NCBI GenBank assembly: GCA_965204215.1
Contig: CBDBDZ010000014.1
Location: forward strand, 1,324,588-1,388,587
DNA: 64,000 nucleotides
Source of the DNA: Pseudomonadales bacterium
GTDB taxonomy: Bacteria > Pseudomonadota > Gammaproteobacteria > Pseudomonadales > GM7GCV1
Direction of reading: 5' to 3'
Part shown: piece by piece, positions 26,449 to 39,400 of the stretch
How positions within the stretch are numbered: position 1 is the stretch's first letter
How the letters are laid out: each line of letters starts with the position of its first letter
Made by a program: the position numbers and the translations under genes
Notes under the pieces: generated by a model
The model's database searches: none
Told to the model about the DNA's origin: nothing
Seen by the model: the letters and a program-made list of their open reading frames with translations, nothing else

Positions 26449-28596
26449 ATGAATAAGCTAATATTTCTATCCACTTGGGTTGCGAAACTCTGCCTTTTGT
26501 ATCTTCTGGAAATGACTCAGGCTTATGCTCAGACGACTGAGGTGTTCCGTCAGGACTTTGGTGAGGGTACCACTGCCGTTGATGTGTCTGCATTTTCTGG
26601 CTTGGAGGCATTTATAGTGCAATTTACTGCGGTCCCAAGTTTTGTGACTACTGGCTATGCGATACGCGATGAACTTAACTTTAGTGGGGGAGCCATGGCT
26701 AATGAGGACTTTACACCTGGAGATACGAATGGGCGCATGTTATTTGTCAATCCGGACACAGGAGCTACTGTGAATCAGGTAATATTTGCCCTGGCACTTG
26801 ATAATCTATGTGCTAATACTACATTTACTCTCAGCTACCAGATTGTTTCTTTGTTTAACGGAACAAACCCTAATATTCTTGGCAATATTCGCCTTTTAAA
26901 TCCGGGTGCTGCCCTTAACAGCACAACAGGTAATTTAATTGCCACTGTAGGAGGGGTGAATATTCCCTACACGGCTAATAACAATGGAGGCAATGTAATT
27001 GATCCTGATGAGTACATTACACAAGCAGTAACTTTTACGACTCCTAGTCTGGGTGGTCCGACACTGTCAGCAGTGCTTCAACTTGTGCAAAACCAAGCTT
27101 TGGTTGCTCTAGGTAATGATAGTGGGATAGATCATTTTATAATGACAGCAAATCAGGCTGATATCTGCCTGGCGGCGACCAATACAGTTAGCGTCGAGAG
27201 TTCTCCAGCGGTTGCCAATAATGCCGATACGGTGCCTATCACGGCTGCTGTTACTGGTCTGGCTAATTCCGCTGGTAATGGTGTCACTGTTACATTTGAC
27301 TTTGAACCAGCGACTTCATCGGCAGGTAGCAGTGCATCCTGTGTTACTGACAGTAGCGGTATGTGCAGTGTTAATGTGACTTCTTCGGTAGCAGGTACCT
27401 TCAGTGTAACGGCGTCGTTTGAGTCTACGGTGCTGGATACAGGTACATTCACCTTTGAAAATACTATCGATTTTACGCTTGCGCAGACGACGGTTAATTT
27501 AACAGAGGATGAAGATGCTATTGATCGTTTCACCATAGATATTACCAATGTCAGTAGCGTATCGGGTGGGGTAGGTACGTTTTCGGTGGCAATTGCCTCA
27601 GGTTCTATTTTCGCAACGACGAATACAGAACCCGAAGTGTCTTTTGATAATGTTGAAGTTATAACTTCGAGCAACTTATCCACAGCGCAAACAGCCACAT
27701 TATATTTTACGGTCAAGCCAGATACTTTCGGTACTGGTGTTTTGAGAGTCACCTTAACGCAAGGGGCAGAGCAAATACAACAAGATGTCACAGTCAATGT
27801 CACGCAGGCAGGCAATGCACCGGTTATTGTTGCGTCTTTCCCGTTTGCTGGCGTTGTCACCAATCCGAGAGTTTTTGGTGGTAACATTTACGGACTTAAT
27901 ACCACAGCACAGGGTTGGTTTACTCATAGAAATCAGGTGACTGCCATTGCCGGCGCAAATGGTGATATGCTGACCATTTATAGCGATGAAGAGAATGGTT
28001 TTATAGCGAATAATTATGCCTCTGGGCTTTTTATTGGCATCACTGAAGGTGTTAATGGTGCAAGCAGAAACGGTGCAAATGCAGAGTGGTATTGGCTGGC
28101 TGAAGGTACAGAACTATTCGCTAGAGGTGATAACATTAGAAATTCATCTGATGTAGCACCCGGGTTTTATTTTCCTGGTGGTCTTATAAATGATTTTGAT
28201 TCTAATGCTAGTGGAACTGATGGAAGTAACGGCCCTTTTGCGGTGATTTATTCTAATGCTAATAATTGGGGAGATATATTTGAGGGTAATAACCGAAGTG
28301 CAGTCTATGAGTTCCAGGGTGCAGGTACTGCGCTAAGTAGTATTGTTGCCAGTAGCAGCGTTAATGAAGACAGCGGGCAAATAACGGTTATTACCCTCTC
28401 AGGAGCTGATCTGGATGGTGATAGCTTAAGCTGGAGTGCAAGCAGTGACTCTGGTAGTGTTAGTCTGGGCACCCCCACGCTTAGTGTGGCAGGGTTATCA
28501 GGTGATATTCCTGTGAATTTTACACCTGCCTCAATTTTTCAGGTACAGCTACCATTACTGTTACCTTGTCGGCTAATGCAGATGCAACCTCAGTGA
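26449..28596 (+). CDS. Giant Calx-beta/cadherin-like surface protein, N-terminal reading frame (frame 1), interrupted by a 1-nt frame break near 28532
   Basis: AAGGAA lies 12 nt upstream of the ATG. The signal peptide is MNKLIFLSTWVAKLCLLYLLEMTQAYA/QT. A Big_1-like Ig domain follows (VPITAAVTG..GNGVTVTF...CVTDSSGMCSVNVTSSVAGTFSVTASF), then the first lectin-like plus cadherin-like module. The last ~20 aa (IFQVQLPLLLPCRLMQMQPQ*) are out-of-frame relative to the paralogous copy at ~30010. Confidence 0.8.
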   Translation: MNKLIFLSTWVAKLCLLYLLEMTQAYAQTTEVFRQDFGEGTTAVDVSAFSGLEAFIVQFTAVPSFVTTGYAIRDELNFSGGAMANEDFTPGDTNGRMLFVNPDTGATVNQVIFALALDNLCANTTFTLSYQIVSLFNGTNPNILGNIRLLNPGAALNSTTGNLIATVGGVNIPYTANNNGGNVIDPDEYITQAVTFTTPSLGGPTLSAVLQLVQNQALVALGNDSGIDHFIMTANQADICLAATNTVSVESSPAVANNADTVPITAAVTGLANSAGNGVTVTFDFEPATSSAGSSASCVTDSSGMCSVNVTSSVAGTFSVTASFESTVLDTGTFTFENTIDFTLAQTTVNLTEDEDAIDRFTIDITNVSSVSGGVGTFSVAIASGSIFATTNTEPEVSFDNVEVITSSNLSTAQTATLYFTVKPDTFGTGVLRVTLTQGAEQIQQDVTVNVTQAGNAPVIVASFPFAGVVTNPRVFGGNIYGLNTTAQGWFTHRNQVTAIAGANGDMLTIYSDEENGFIANNYASGLFIGITEGVNGASRNGANAEWYWLAEGTELFARGDNIRNSSDVAPGFYFPGGLINDFDSNASGTDGSNGPFAVIYSNANNWGDIFEGNNRSAVYEFQGAGTALSSIVASSSVNEDSGQITVITLSGADLDGDSLSWSASSDSGSVSLGTPTLSVAGLSGDIPVNFTPASIFQVQLPLLLPCRLMQMQPQ

Positions 28597-30430
28597 CAGT
28601 GAGCGTAACAGTCAATGAGGTAAATGATGAACCCTCTTTCACAGTGGGCAATGCCATCACACGAAGTGCGGATACCAACCCTCAAACAGTAACGGCTTTT
28701 ATTACCGATGCAACGCCTGTGGAAGCAGGTCAGACTCTGGCATTCATTGTCAGCAACAATAATAACAGTCTTTTTTCGAGCCAACCGGCAATTGATGCCA
28801 ATGGCACATTGAGCTTTACGTTTGCCAGCGATGCAGCAGGCAGCGCAACGGTTTCAGTAGTTTTGATGGATAATGGCGGTACGGCTAATGGTGGGGATAA
28901 CCTTTCCGATGCTCAAAGCTTTGTGATTACGGCTGCGGGGCCGCCTGCTTTTACGCTTGCGCAGACGACGGTTAATTTAACAGAGGATGAAGATGCTATT
29001 GATCGTTTCACCATAGCTATTACCAATGTCAGTAGCGAATTGGGCGAGACAGGTACGTTTTCGGTGGCAATTGCCTCAGGTTCTATTTTCGCAACGACGG
29101 ATACAGAACCCGAAGTGTCTTTTGATAATGTTGAAGTTATCACTTCGAGAGACTTATCCACAGCGCAAACAGCCACATTATATTTTACTGTCAAGCCAGA
29201 TACTTTCGGTAGCGGTGTTTTGACCATAACCTTAACGCAAGGTGCGCAGCAAATACAACAAGATGTCACAGTCAATGTCACGCAGGCAGCCAATGCACCG
29301 GTTATTGTTGCGTCTTTCCCGTTTGCTGGCGTTGTCACCAACCCGAGAGTTTTTGGTGGTAACATTTACGGACGTAATAACACATCACAGGATTGGTTTG
29401 CTCATAGAAATCAGGTGACTGCCATTCCCGGTGTCAATGGTGATATGGTGACCATTTACAGCACTGAAGAATTTTTGTTTCTATTGAATGCTTTTAGTCC
29501 TGTCAACACTGCTTTTCTGGGCATCACTGAAGGTGTTAATGGAGCAAGCAGAAATGATGCGGATGCAGAGTGGTATTGGCTGTCTGAAGGGACAGAACTA
29601 TTAGCCAGAGGTGGTGCTATCAATGGTCCATCTGATGTAGCACCCGGGTTTTATTTTAGAAATGGTAGTATTTTCGATGAGTTTGATTCTAATTTTTTTA
29701 CTACTCCTGATCGAAATGATGGACCTTTTGTAGGGGCGTTTCTTTTTAATGGTGGCTGGATAGATTTTGCTGCGGCTAACGTGCGTGATGCAGTCTATGA
29801 GTTCCAGGCGCCAGGCACTGCGTTAACCAGTATTGTTGCTGGTACCAGCGTTACTCAAGGCAGCACAGAGCAAACAACGGTTATTACCCTCTCAGGGGCT
29901 GATCTGGATGGTGATAACTTAAGCTGGAGTGCAAGTAGCGACGATGGCAGTGTTAGTCTGGGCACCCCCACGCTTAGTGTGGCAGGGTTATCAGGCGATA
30001 TTCCTGTAAATTTTACACCTGACTCCAATTTTTCAGGTATAGCCACCATTACTGTTACCTTGTCAGCTAATGCAGAGGCAACCTCAGTGACAGTGAGCGT
30101 AACAGTCAATGAGGTAAATAATGAGCCCTCTTTCACAGTGGGCAGTGCCATCACACGAAGTGCGGATACCAACCCTCAAACAGTAACGGCTTTTATTACC
30201 GATGCAACGCCTGTAGAAGCAGGTCAAACTCTGGCATTCATTGTCAGCAACAATAATAACAGTCTTTTTTCGAGCCAACCGGCAATTGATGCCAGTGGCA
30301 CCTTGAGCTTTACGTTTGCCAGCAATGCAGCAGGCAGCGCAACGGTTTCAGTAGTTTTGATGGATAATGGCGGTGGCGATGATTTATCAGATACGCAAAG
30401 CTTTGTGATTACGGCTGTGGCGGCATCGGC
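27472..30430 (+). repeat. Two tandem copies of a ~1.48-kb coding module (Ig-like + lectin-like + two cadherin-like segments)
   Basis: 27472-28948 and 28949-30430 both begin TTTACGCTTGCGCAGACGACGGTTAATTTAACAGAGGATGAAGATGC and end ...CAAAGCTTTGTGATTACGGCTG. The flanks are near-identical while the central ~450 bp is strongly diverged. Confidence 0.85.
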
Positions 30431-33400
30431 TACACTAACGCCAGCAAACCTGATTTTAACAGAAGGCGCGACAGCCAGCTTTACAGTGAGTTTAGGCAGT
30501 CAGCCTAATAACCCGGTAACGGTATCGGTGGCAAATCCAGATACCAGTCAATTAACAGTATCACCTCAGACATTAACATTTTCAACTTCTAATTTTAACA
30601 TAGCCCAGACAGTAACAATAGTAACAGTAGAAAATACAATTGTAGAAGCCAGTGAGACCGTGCCGATTCATTTAAACTTTATCAGCACAGATACGAATTT
30701 TAATACGTTGTCAGATACTGTGAGTGTGGTTATTATTGATAATGATACCGCCACATTTAGCGTAGCTGATGTGACGGTGTCAGAGACAGCAGGCGCTGCG
30801 ACTGTCACTGTTGCGCTGGACTTGCCGATTGAAGGCGGTGCTACACTTACCTTGATGAGTGCAGACTTTGCTCCGGTTGATGCTGCTGCCGGAAGTGATT
30901 ACAGCGCAACCACCGCAACGCTGTTTTTTGCCAGTAACAGCACCACAGCTCAAAGTTTCAGTGTTGGCATTATTGACGATACCCTGGTTGAAAACCTGGT
31001 TGAGGGCACTGAGCAGTTTCGCATTGATATCACTGCGGTTAACCCGGTTGAAGCTATTGCAGCAAGTGCATTTAATCTGGGTGATACGGCGACGGTATCC
31101 ATTACCGATAATGACACCACTACCATCACCATAGCAGATGTAAGTGCAGCAGAAGGTGATGGGCCTAACAATGTGACGGTCACCATTAGCTTGAGTAACC
31201 CGGTTGAGGGCGGACTGACTGCCACCATTGCCAGCAGCGGCAATTCAGCTCTCAGTGGCAGTGATTTTTCAGCACTGAGTCAGGTTATCAGTTTTGCCGA
31301 TAGCAGCACCGCCAGTAGCAGTGTGCAGTTGACTGTTTTAGGTGATGCAATTATTGAAGCAGATGAGACCTTGCAACTGTTTGTTGCCAGTGTTGCCGCA
31401 GCCGAGGCCTCGAACAGCCAGATACTCAGACAAACTGGCACCTTTACTATTGAAAATGATGATTTTGCTGCCATCACCATTGCTGATGCCAGTGGCAGTG
31501 AGTCGTCAGGCACTATCAGTGTCCGCTTTAATGTGAATTTGGCGGTTGCCGGTGGTTTTACCCTGACAGTGCAGAGCGATAGTGGCAGTGCGATAGAAGG
31601 CGTCGACTTTAGCTCTGTTGATTCACAGCAAGTTGCTTTTGCCGGTAGTGCCAATGAAACCCAGACCCTGGTATTGACAGTTACTAACGATACGATTATT
31701 GAGGCTAATGAAACCTTGCGTATTCGTATCAGTGCAGTAAACCCTGGTGTTGCACAGGCTGGCGATTTTAATATTAGCGACACCGCAACGCTGACGATAA
31801 TAAACGATGATACCGCCACATTTAGCGTAGCCGATGTGACGGTGTCAGAGACAGCTGGCGCTGCGACTGTCACTGTTGCGCTGGATTTGCCGATTGAAGG
31901 CGGTGCTACGCTTACCTTGATGAGTGCAGACTTTGCTCCGGTTGATGCCGCTGCTGGCAGCGATTACAGCGCAACCACAGCAACGCTGTTTTTTGCCAGT
32001 AACAGCACCACAGCTCAAAGTTTCAGTGTTGGCATTATTGACGATACCCTGGTTGAAAATCTGGTTGAGGGCACTGAGCAGTTTCGCATTGATATCACTG
32101 CGGTTAACCCGGTTGAAGCTATTGCAGCAAGTGCATTTAATCTGGGTGATACGGCGACGGTATCCATTACCGATAATGACACCACTACCATCACCATAGC
32201 AGATGTAAGTGCAGCAGAAGGTGATGGGCCTAACAATGTGACGGTCACCATTAGCCTGAGTAACCCGGTTGAGGGCGGACTGACTGCCACCATTGCCAGC
32301 AGTGGCAATTCAGCTCTCAGTGGCAGTGATTTTTCAGCACTGAGTCAGGTTATCAGTTTTGCCGATAGCAGCACCGCCAGTAGCAGTGTGCAGTTAACTG
32401 TTTTAGGTGATGCAATCATTGAAGCAGATGAGACCTTGCAACTGTTTGTTGCCAGTGTTGCTGCAGCCGAGGCCTCGAATAGCCAGATACTCAGACAAAC
32501 CGGCACCTTTACTATTGAAAATGATGATTTTGCTACTATTAGTATTGCTGATGTCAGTGCGAGTGAGTCGTCTGGCACTATCAGTATTGGCTTGAGTGTG
32601 GATTTGGCGGTTGCCGGTGGTTTTACCCTGACAGTACAGAGCGATAGTGGCAGTGCGATAGAAGGCGACGACTTTAGCTCTGTTGATTCACAGCAAGTTG
32701 CTTTTGCCGGTAGTGCCAATGAAACCCAGACCCTGGTATTGACAGTTACTAACGATACGATTATTGAAGCCAATGAAACCTTGCGTATTCGTATCAGTGC
32801 AGTCGACCCTGGTGTTGCACTGGCTGGCGATTTTAATATTAGCGACACCGCAACGCTGACGATAATAAACGATGATACCGCCACATTTAGCGTAGCTGAT
32901 GTGACGGTGTCAGAGACAGCTGGCGCTGCGACTGTCACTGTTGCGCTGGATTTGCCGATTGAAGGCGGTGCTACACTTACCTTGATGAGTGCAGACTTTG
33001 CTCCGGTTGATGCTGCTGCTGGCAGCGATTATAGCGCAACCACCGCAACGCTGTTTTTTGCCAGTAACAGCACCACAGCTCAAAGTTTCAGTGTTGGCAT
33101 TATTGACGATACCCTGGTTGAAAACCTGGTTGAGGGCACTGAGCAGTTTCGCATTGATATCACTGCGGTTAACCCGGTTGAAGCTATTGCAGCAAGTGCA
33201 TTTAATCTGGGTGATACGGCGACGCTATTCATTACCGATAATGATACCACTACCATCACCATAGCAGATGTAAGTGCAGCAGAAGGTGATGGGCCTAACA
33301 ATGTGACGGTCACCATTAGCTTGAGTAACCCGGTTGAGGGCGGACTGACTGCCACCATTGCCAGCAGTGGCAATTCAGCTCTCAGTGGCAGTGATTTTTC

Positions 33401-36400
33401 AGCATTGAGTCAGGTTATTAGTTTTGCCGATAGCAGCACTGCCAGTAGCAGTGTGCAGTTAACTATTTTAGGTGATGCAATCATTGAAGCAGATGAGACC
33501 TTGCAACTGTTTGTTGCCAGTGTTGCCGCAGCCGAGGCCTCGAACAGCCAGATACTCAGACAAACTGGCACCTTTACTATTGAAAATGATGATTTTGCTG
33601 CCATCACCATTGCTGATGCCAGTGGCAGTGAGTCGTCAGGCACTATCAGTGTCCGCTTTAATGTGAATTTGGCGGTTGCCGGTGGTTTTACCCTGACAGT
33701 GCAGAGCGATAGTGGCAGTGCGATAGAAGGCGACGACTTTAGCTCTGTTGATTCACAGCAAGTTGCTTTTGCCGGTAGTGCCAATGAAACCCAGACCCTG
33801 GTATTGACAGTTACTAACGATACGATTATTGAAGCCAATGAAACCTTGCGTATTCGTATCAGTGCAGTCGACCCTGGTGTTGCACAGGCTAGTGATTTTA
33901 ATATTAGCGACACCGCAACGCTGACGATAATAAACGATGATACCGCCACATTTAGCGTAGCTGATGTGACGGTGTCAGAGACAGCTGGCGCTGCGACTGT
34001 CACTGTTGCGCTGGATTTGCCGATTGAAGGCGGTGCTACACTTACCTTGATGAGTGCAGACTTTGCTCCGGTTGATGCTGCTGCTGGCAGCGATTACAGC
34101 GCAACCACCGCAACGCTGTTTTTTGCCAGTAACAGCACCACAGCTCAAAGTTTCAGTGTTGGCATTATTGACGATACCCTGGTTGAAAATCTGGTTGAGG
34201 GCACTGAGCAGTTTCGCATTGATATCACTGCGGTTAACCCGGTTGAAGCTATTGCAGCAAGTGCATTTAATCTGGGTGATACGGCGACGGTATCCATTAC
34301 CGATAATGACACCACTACCATCACCATAGCAGATGTAAGTGCAGCAGAAGGTGATGGGCCTAACAATGTGACGGTCACCATTAGCCTGAGTAACCCGGTT
34401 GAGGGCGGACTGACTGCCACCATTGCCAGCAGCGGCAATTCAGCTCTCAGTGGCAGTGATTTTTCAGCACTGAGTCAGGTTATCAGTTTTGCCGATAGCA
34501 GCACCGCCAGTAGCAGTGTGCAGTTGACTGTTTTAGGTGATGCAATCATTGAAGCAGATGAGACCTTGCAACTGTTTGTTGCCAGTGTTGCCGCAGCCGA
34601 GGCCTCGAACAGCCAGATACTCAGACAAACTGGCACCTTTACTATTGAAAATGATGATTTTGCTGCCATCACCATTGCTGATGCCAGTGGCAGTGAGTCG
34701 TCAGGCACTATCAGTGTCCGCTTTAATGTGAATTTGGCGGTTGCCGGTGGTTTTACCCTGACAGTGCAGAGCGATAGTGGCAGTGCGATAGAAGGCGACG
34801 ACTTTAGCTCTGTTGATTCACAGCAAGTTGCTTTTGCCGGTAGTGCCAATGAAACCCAGACCCTGGTATTGACAGTTACTAACGATACGATTATTGAAGC
34901 CAATGAAACCTTGCGTATTCGTATCAGTGCAGTAAACCCTGGTGTTGCACTGGCTAGCGATTTTAATATTAGCGACACCGCAACGCTGACGATAATAAAC
35001 GATGATACCGCTACCTTTAGCGTAGCTGATGTGACGGTGTCAGAGACAGCTGGCGCTGCGACTGTCACTGTTGCGCTGGATTTGCCGATTGAAGGCGGTG
35101 CTACACTTACCTTGATGAGTGCAGACTTTGCTCCGGTTGATGCTGCTGCTGGCAGCGATTACAGCGCAACCACCGCAACGCTGTTTTTTGCCAGTAACAG
35201 CACCACAGCTCAAAGTTTCAGTGTTGGCATTATTGACGATACCCTGGTTGAAAATCTGGTTGAGGGCACTGAGCAATTTCGTATTGATATCAGCGCGGTT
35301 AACCCGGTTGAAGCTATTGCAGCAAGTGCGTTTAATCTGGGTGATACGGCGACGGTATCCATTACCGATAATGACACCACTACCATCACCATAGCAGATG
35401 TAAGTGCAGCAGAAGGCAATGGGCCTAACAATGTGACGGTCACCATTAGCTTGAGTAACCCGGTTGAGGGCGGACTGACTGCGACCATTGCCAGCAGTGA
35501 AAACTCGGCTCTCAGTGGCAGTGACTTTTCAACACTGAGTCAGGTTATCAGTTTTGCCGATAGCAGCACCGCCAGTAGCAGTGTGCAGTTAACTATTTTA
35601 GGTGATGCAATCATTGAAGCAGATGAGACCTTGCAACTGTTTGTTGCCAGTGTTGCTGCAGCCGAGGCCTCGAATAGCCAGATACTCAGACAAACTGGCA
35701 CCTTTACTATTGAAAATGATGATTTTGCTGCCATCACCATTGCTGATGTCAGTGGCAGTGAGTCTGGGACTATCAGTATTGGCTTGAGTGTGAATTTGGC
35801 GGTTGCCGGTGGGTTTACCCTGACAGTGCAGAGCGATAGTGGTAGCGCGATAGAAGGCGACGACTTTAGCTCTGTTGATTCACAGCAAGTTGCTTTTGCC
35901 GGTAGTGCCAATGAAACCCAGACCCTGGTATTGACAGTTACTAACGATACGATTATTGAAGCCAATGAAACCTTGCGTATTCGTATCAGTGCAGTCGACC
36001 CTGGTGTTGCACTGGCTGGCGATTTTAATATTAGCGACACCGCAACGCTGACGATAATAAACGATGATACCGCCACATTTAGCGTAGCTGATGTGACGGT
36101 GTCAGAGACAGCTGGCGCTGCCACTATTTCTGTTACTCTGGACTTGCCGATTGAAGGAGGGGCTACGCTTACCTTGATGAGTGCAGACTTTGCTCCGGTT
36201 GATGCCGCTGCTGGCAGCGATTATAGCGCAACCACCGCAACGCTGTTTTTTGCCAGTAACAGCACCACAGCTCAAAGTTTCAGTGTTGGCATTATTGACG
36301 ATACCCTGGTTGAAAACCTGGTTGAGGGCACTGAGCAATTTCGTATTGATATCAGCGCGGTTAACCCGGTTGAAGCTATTGCAGCAAGTGCGTTTAATCT

Positions 36401-39400
36401 GGGTGATACGGCGACGGTATTCATTACCGATAATGATACCACTACCATCACCGTAGCAGATGTGAGTGCAGCAGAAGGCAATGTGTCTAACAATGTGACG
36501 GTCACCATTAGCCTGAGTAACCCGGTTGAGGGCGGACTGACTGCGACCATTGCCAGCAGTGAAAACTCGGCTCTCAGTGGCGATGACTTTTCAGCACTGA
36601 GTCAGGTTATCAGTTTTGCCGATAGCAGCACTGCCAGTAGCAGTGTGCAGTTGACTGTTTTAGGTGATGCAATTATTGAAGCAGATGAGACCTTGCAACT
36701 GTTTGTTGCCAGTGTTGCCGCAGCCGAGGCCTCGAATAGCCAGATACTCAGACAAACTGGTACCTTTAGCATTGTAAATGATGATTTTGCTGCCATCACC
36801 ATTGATGATGTCAGTGGCAGTGAGTCTGGGACTATCAGTATTGGCTTGAGTGTGAATTTGGCGGTTGCCGGTGGTTTTACCCTGACAGTACAGAGCGATA
36901 GTGGCAGTGCAGTAGAGGGCGTCGACTTTAGCTCTGCTGACTCTCAGCAGGTTGCTTTTGCCGGTAGTGCCAATGAAACCCAGACCCTGGTATTGACAGT
37001 TACTAACGATACGATTATTGAGGCCAATGAAACCTTGCGTATTCGTATCAGTGCAGTCGACCCTGGTGTTGCACAGGCTGGCGATTTTAATATTAGCGAC
37101 ACCGCAACGCTGACGATAATAAACGATGATACCGCTACCTTTAGCGTAGCTGATGTGACGGTGTCAGAGACAGCTGGCGCTGCGACTGTCACTGTTGCGC
37201 TGGATTTGCCGATTGAAGGCGGTGCTACACTTACCTTGATGAGTGCAGACTTTGCTCCGGTTGATGCTGCTGCTGGCAGCGATTACAGCGCAACCACCGC
37301 AACGCTGTTTTTTGCCAGTAACAGCACCACAGCTCAAAGTTTCAGTGTTGGCATTATTGACGATACCCTGGTTGAAAATCTGGTTGAGGGCACTGAGCAG
37401 TTTCGCATTGATATCACTGCGGTTAACCCGGTTGAAGCTATTGCAGCAAGTGCATTTAATCTGGGTGATACGGCGACGGTATCCATTACCGATAATGACA
37501 CCACTACCATCACCATAGCAGATGTAAGTGCAGCAGAAGGCAATGGGCCTAACAATGTGACGGTCACCATTAGCTTGAGTAACCCGGTTGAGGGCGGACT
37601 GACAGCAACCATTGCCAGCAGTGGCAATTCAGCTCTCAGTGGCAGTGATTTTTCAGCACTGAGTCAGGTTATCAGTTTTGCCGATAGCAGCACCGCCAGT
37701 AGCAGTGTGCAGTTAACTGTTTTAGGTGATGCAATTATTGAAGCAGATGAGACCTTGCAACTGTTTGTTGCCAGTGTTGCCGCAGCCGAGGCCTCGAACA
37801 GCCAGATACTCAGACAAACTGGCACCTTTACTATTGAAAATGATGATTTTGCTGCCATCACCATTGATGATGTCAGTGGCAGTGAGTCTGGGACTATCAG
37901 TATTGGCTTGAGTGTGAATTTGGCGGTTGCCGGTGGTTTTACCCTGACAGTACAGAGCGATAGTGGCAGTGCGATAGAAGGCGTCGACTTTAGCTCTGTT
38001 GATTCACAGCAAGTTGCTTTTGCCGGTAGTGCCAATGAAACCCAGACCCTGGTATTGACAGTTACTAACGATACGATTATTGAAGCCAATGAAACCTTGC
38101 GTATTCGTATCAGTGCAGTCGACCCTGGTGTTGCACAGGCTGGCGATTTTAATATTAGCGACACCGCAACGCTGACGATAATAAACGATGATAGCGCCAC
38201 ATTTAGCGTAGCTGATGTGACGGTGTCAGAGACAGCTGGCGCTGCGACTGTCACTGTTGCGCTGGATTTGCCGATTGAAGGCGGTGCTACACTTACCTTG
38301 ATGAGTGCAGACTTTGCTCCGGTTGATGCTGCTGCCGGAAGTGATTACAGCGCAACCACAGCAACGCTGTTTTTTGCCAGTAACAGCACCACAGCTCAAA
38401 GTTTCAGTGTTGGCATTATTGACGATACCCTGGTTGAAAACCTGGTTGAGGGCACTGAGCAGTTTCGCATTGATATCACTGCGGTTAACCCGGTTGAAGC
38501 TATTGCAGCAAGTGCGTTTAATCTGGGTGATACGGCGACGGTATCCATTACCGATAATGACACCACTACCATCACCATAGCAGATGTAAGTGCAGCAGAA
38601 GGTGATGGGCCTAACAATGTGACGGTCACCATTAGCCTGAGTAACCCGGTTGAGGGCGGACTGACTGCGACCATTGCCAGCAGCGGCAATTCAGCTCTCA
38701 GTGGCAGTGATTTTTCAGCACTGAGTCAGGTTATCAGTTTTGCCGATAGCAGCACCGCCAGTAGCAGTGTGCAGTTAACTGTTTTAGGTGATGCAATTAT
38801 TGAAGCAGATGAGACCTTGCAACTGTTTGTTGCCAGTGTTGCCGCAGCCGAGGCCTCGAATAGCCAGATACTCAGACAGACTGGGACTTTTAGCATTGAA
38901 AATGATGATTTTGCTGCCATCACCATTGCTGATGTCAGTGGCAGTGAGTCTGGGACTATCAGTATTGGCTTGAGTGTGAATTTGGCGGTTGCCGGTGGTT
39001 TTACCCTGACAGTACAGAGCGATAGTGGCAGTGCAGTAGAGGGCGTCGACTTTAGCTCTGCTGACTCGCAGCAGGTTGCTTTTGCCGGTAGTGCCAATGA
39101 AACCCAGACCCTGGTATTGACACTTACTAACGATACGGTTATTGAGGCCAATGAAACCTTGCGTATTCGTATCAGTGCAGTCGAGCCTGGTGTTGCACAG
39201 GCTGGCGATTTTAATATTAGCGACACCGCAACGCTGACGATAATAAACGATGATAGCGCCACATTTAGCGTAGCTGATGTGACGGTGTCAGAGACAGCTG
39301 GCGCTGCCACTATTTCTGTTACTCTGGACTTGCCGATTGAAGGAGGGGCTACGCTTACCTTGATGAGTGCAGACTTTGCTCCGGTTGATGCCGCTGCTGG

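Noticed and set aside
27890-29800. Possible diversity-generating retroelement target (two lectin-like segments differing at many positions)
   Set aside because: No reverse transcriptase or template repeat is present in the window. The differences include indels and all base types rather than adenine-specific substitutions, and the segments are internal, not C-terminal.
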